Below are positions 37,824 to 39,495 of a stretch of 39,495 nucleotides of DNA, one piece after another; within the stretch, counting starts at the first letter, position 1; each line of letters starts with the position of its first letter. The notes under the pieces are model-generated. The model did no database searches and had not been told where the DNA came from. It saw nothing but the letters and a program-made list of their open reading frames with translations. Origin of the DNA: Rhodothermales bacterium (GTDB lineage: Bacteria; Bacteroidota; Rhodothermia; Rhodothermales; VXPQ01); the NCBI GenBank assembly GCA_040904565.1, contig JBBDTI010000042.1:1-39495 (forward strand), given 5' to 3'. Both the position numbers and the translations under genes were made by a program.

Positions 37824-38581
37824 GATCTCCAACGTCTTCGTATCCTGAACCCATCGTCCCGCGCGTCTTCTCGGGTGTGGCGTGCGTCAAGGCCGGGTTC
37901 AGCCGGAGATACGGTGGCGTGAGCGAAGGGCCCTATCGATCCTTGAACCTGAGTTTAAGCACGGGCGATGAGGAAAGCCGTGTCGAGGAGAACCGGCGTC
38001 GATTCTTCGAGGCGCAGGGTATCGGGCCACACCGTCTCGCGATCGCCGGCCAGGTTCACGGCAGCAGCATTGAGGTCGTAACGGAACCGGGGCCGTACCC
38101 CGATCGCGACGCTCTCGTGGCGACGGTGTCGCACGTCGCCCTCTGCATTGTAGCGGCCGACTGCGCGGTCGTGCTGCTGGTCGATGCCCGTTCGCCGGTC
38201 GTCGCCGCCTGTCATTCCGGCTGGCGTGGGACCGTCGACAACATCGCGGGGAAGACGGTTCGTAAGATGGTCGAGTACGGCGCCGATGCCTCGGCGATCC
38301 GCGCATGGGTCAGTCCATGTATCTCCATCGAACATTTCGAAGTCGGACCCGAAGTGGCGGCCCGCTTTGCCAAGAAGTACGTCGTGCGCCGTGACCGATG
38401 GCCGAGGCCCCACGTCGACCTGAAGGCTGCTATTGCAGATCAGCTAGGTCGCGCTGGAATCCCCCAAACCCAGATAGAGGTGTCCGACCGCTGCACGGCC
38501 GCGGAAACGGATACCTTCTTTTCACACCGTGCGGAACAGGGCACGACCGGGCGGATGATGGGCTACATCATGCTTACTTGA
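37820..38581 (+). CDS. pgeF: PgeF/YfiH family purine nucleoside phosphorylase (polyphenol oxidase-like)
   Basis: GGVSEGPYRSLNL, QVHG, ADC, HSGWRG, CT, FFSHR and GRM. ATGA overlap with aroE. Confidence 0.92.
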   Translation: MRSPTSSYPEPIVPRVFSGVACVKAGFSRRYGGVSEGPYRSLNLSLSTGDEESRVEENRRRFFEAQGIGPHRLAIAGQVHGSSIEVVTEPGPYPDRDALVATVSHVALCIVAADCAVVLLVDARSPVVAACHSGWRGTVDNIAGKTVRKMVEYGADASAIRAWVSPCISIEHFEVGPEVAARFAKKYVVRRDRWPRPHVDLKAAIADQLGRAGIPQTQIEVSDRCTAAETDTFFSHRAEQGTTGRMMGYIMLT

Positions 38582-38618
38582 CACACGGCATCACCAGAGG
38601 AAGCCGTATAAACGATTT

Positions 38619-39495
38619 ATGGTCGACCTGCATTCGGTTACACTCAGAGAGATTCGACTCGCCTTGCGCGAGCCGTTCGTTACGTCGACCGGTGTGATAC
38701 GGGATCGTCGCATCCTGCTGCTCGAAGTGCAGTCAGGAGACGGTTATACGGCCTGGAGCGAATGTGCAGCGCAGGATACGCCGGCATACGCACCGGAGAC
38801 GGTCGACACGGCGTGGACGTCGATCCGTGACTGGCTCATTCCGGCGCTTCGCAGTGCCGGTGGCTCACGCGAGGATCGGCTCGCCACGGTGCTGGACCGG
38901 CGGGTTTCCGGCCACGGGATGGCCAAGGCGTCGCTGGAGATGGCCGCGTGGAACCTGGAGGCGCAGCGGAACGATGTGCCCCTGGCTGAGCTGCTCGGAG
39001 GGGTTCGGCGCAGGGTTCCCGCAGGTATTGCCGTCGGGCTGCAGGAGAACACCACCCGGCTCGCGGAACGCGTGCTCGAGGCCGTCGAGGCCGGCTATCG
39101 GAAAGTGAAGCTGAAGATCGAGCCGGGGTCGGACCGAGAGGTTGTTGCTGCTGCCCGGGAGGTGGCAGGTGACGGTGTGGAGCTTGCCGTCGACGCCAAT
39201 GAGGCATACGGGCGCGGGGATATGGGACTCCTGCGATCGCTCGACGGGTTTCGACTCAGCATGATCGAACAGCCGCTCGCTCGTGAGGACCTGGTCGGTC
39301 ATGCCAGGCTTCAGGAGCAGCTCACGACGCCGATCTGCCTGGACGAATCGATCACGTCGAGTCGGGTCGTCGAAACAATGATTCGACTGGGCAGCGGGCG
39401 CATCGTCAATGTGAAGCCGGGTCGTGTTGGCGGACTCGCCGCGTCCGTCGCCATCCACGACCTCTGCGGCGAGCACGGCGTCCCAGCCTGGGTGG
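38619..39495 (+). CDS. menC: o-Succinylbenzoate synthase / N-succinylamino acid racemase (enolase superfamily), runs off the window end
   Basis: Not in the ORF track because there is no stop. Manual translation gives MVDLHSVTLREIRLALREPFVTS..PAYAPET..KVKLKI..VDAN..IEQP..LDES..NVKPGRVGG. Confidence 0.9.
   Translation, partial: MVDLHSVTLREIRLALREPFVTSTGVIRDRRILLLEVQSGDGYTAWSECAAQDTPAYAPETVDTAWTSIRDWLIPALRSAGGSREDRLATVLDRRVSGHGMAKASLEMAAWNLEAQRNDVPLAELLGGVRRRVPAGIAVGLQENTTRLAERVLEAVEAGYRKVKLKIEPGSDREVVAAAREVAGDGVELAVDANEAYGRGDMGLLRSLDGFRLSMIEQPLAREDLVGHARLQEQLTTPICLDESITSSRVVETMIRLGSGRIVNVKPGRVGGLAASVAIHDLCGEHGVPAWV

Overview
This GC-rich bacterial window is mostly core genome. It is most consistent with Rhodothermales/Rhodothermota (inference from a PorX-like regulator, a T9SS C-terminal sorting domain, clear Shine-Dalgarno use and high GC). 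It holds about 35 CDS, including pgm, trmB, an O-methyltransferase, biotin carboxylase, a CbpA-like J protein, ruvA, two TlpA thioredoxins, a Rieske/FAD reductase, ggt, a CCA-adding enzyme, a tandem DUF1080 lipoprotein, a T9SS-secreted nuclease/phosphatase, a dipeptidase, an IorAB-type molybdoenzyme, class II RNR nrdJ, gdhA, aroE, pgeF and a partial menC. I saw no rRNA, tRNA, CRISPR array, transposase or prophage gene. The most striking item is a putative envelope operon at 22748-26643: a lipoprotein, a protein with three predicted beta-barrels, a barrel-less OmpA-domain protein and Pmp3. The two central proteins share a 23-aa motif that I cannot assign to any named domain. Other notable items are a stand-alone hyper-acidic Asp/Phe micro-protein, a duplicated tail on the CCA enzyme, an internally deleted Mth938-like gene, a 14-bp degenerate tandem array, and phased DnaA-box-like sites upstream of nrdJ. 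All calls come from reading motifs by eye; no database search was run.
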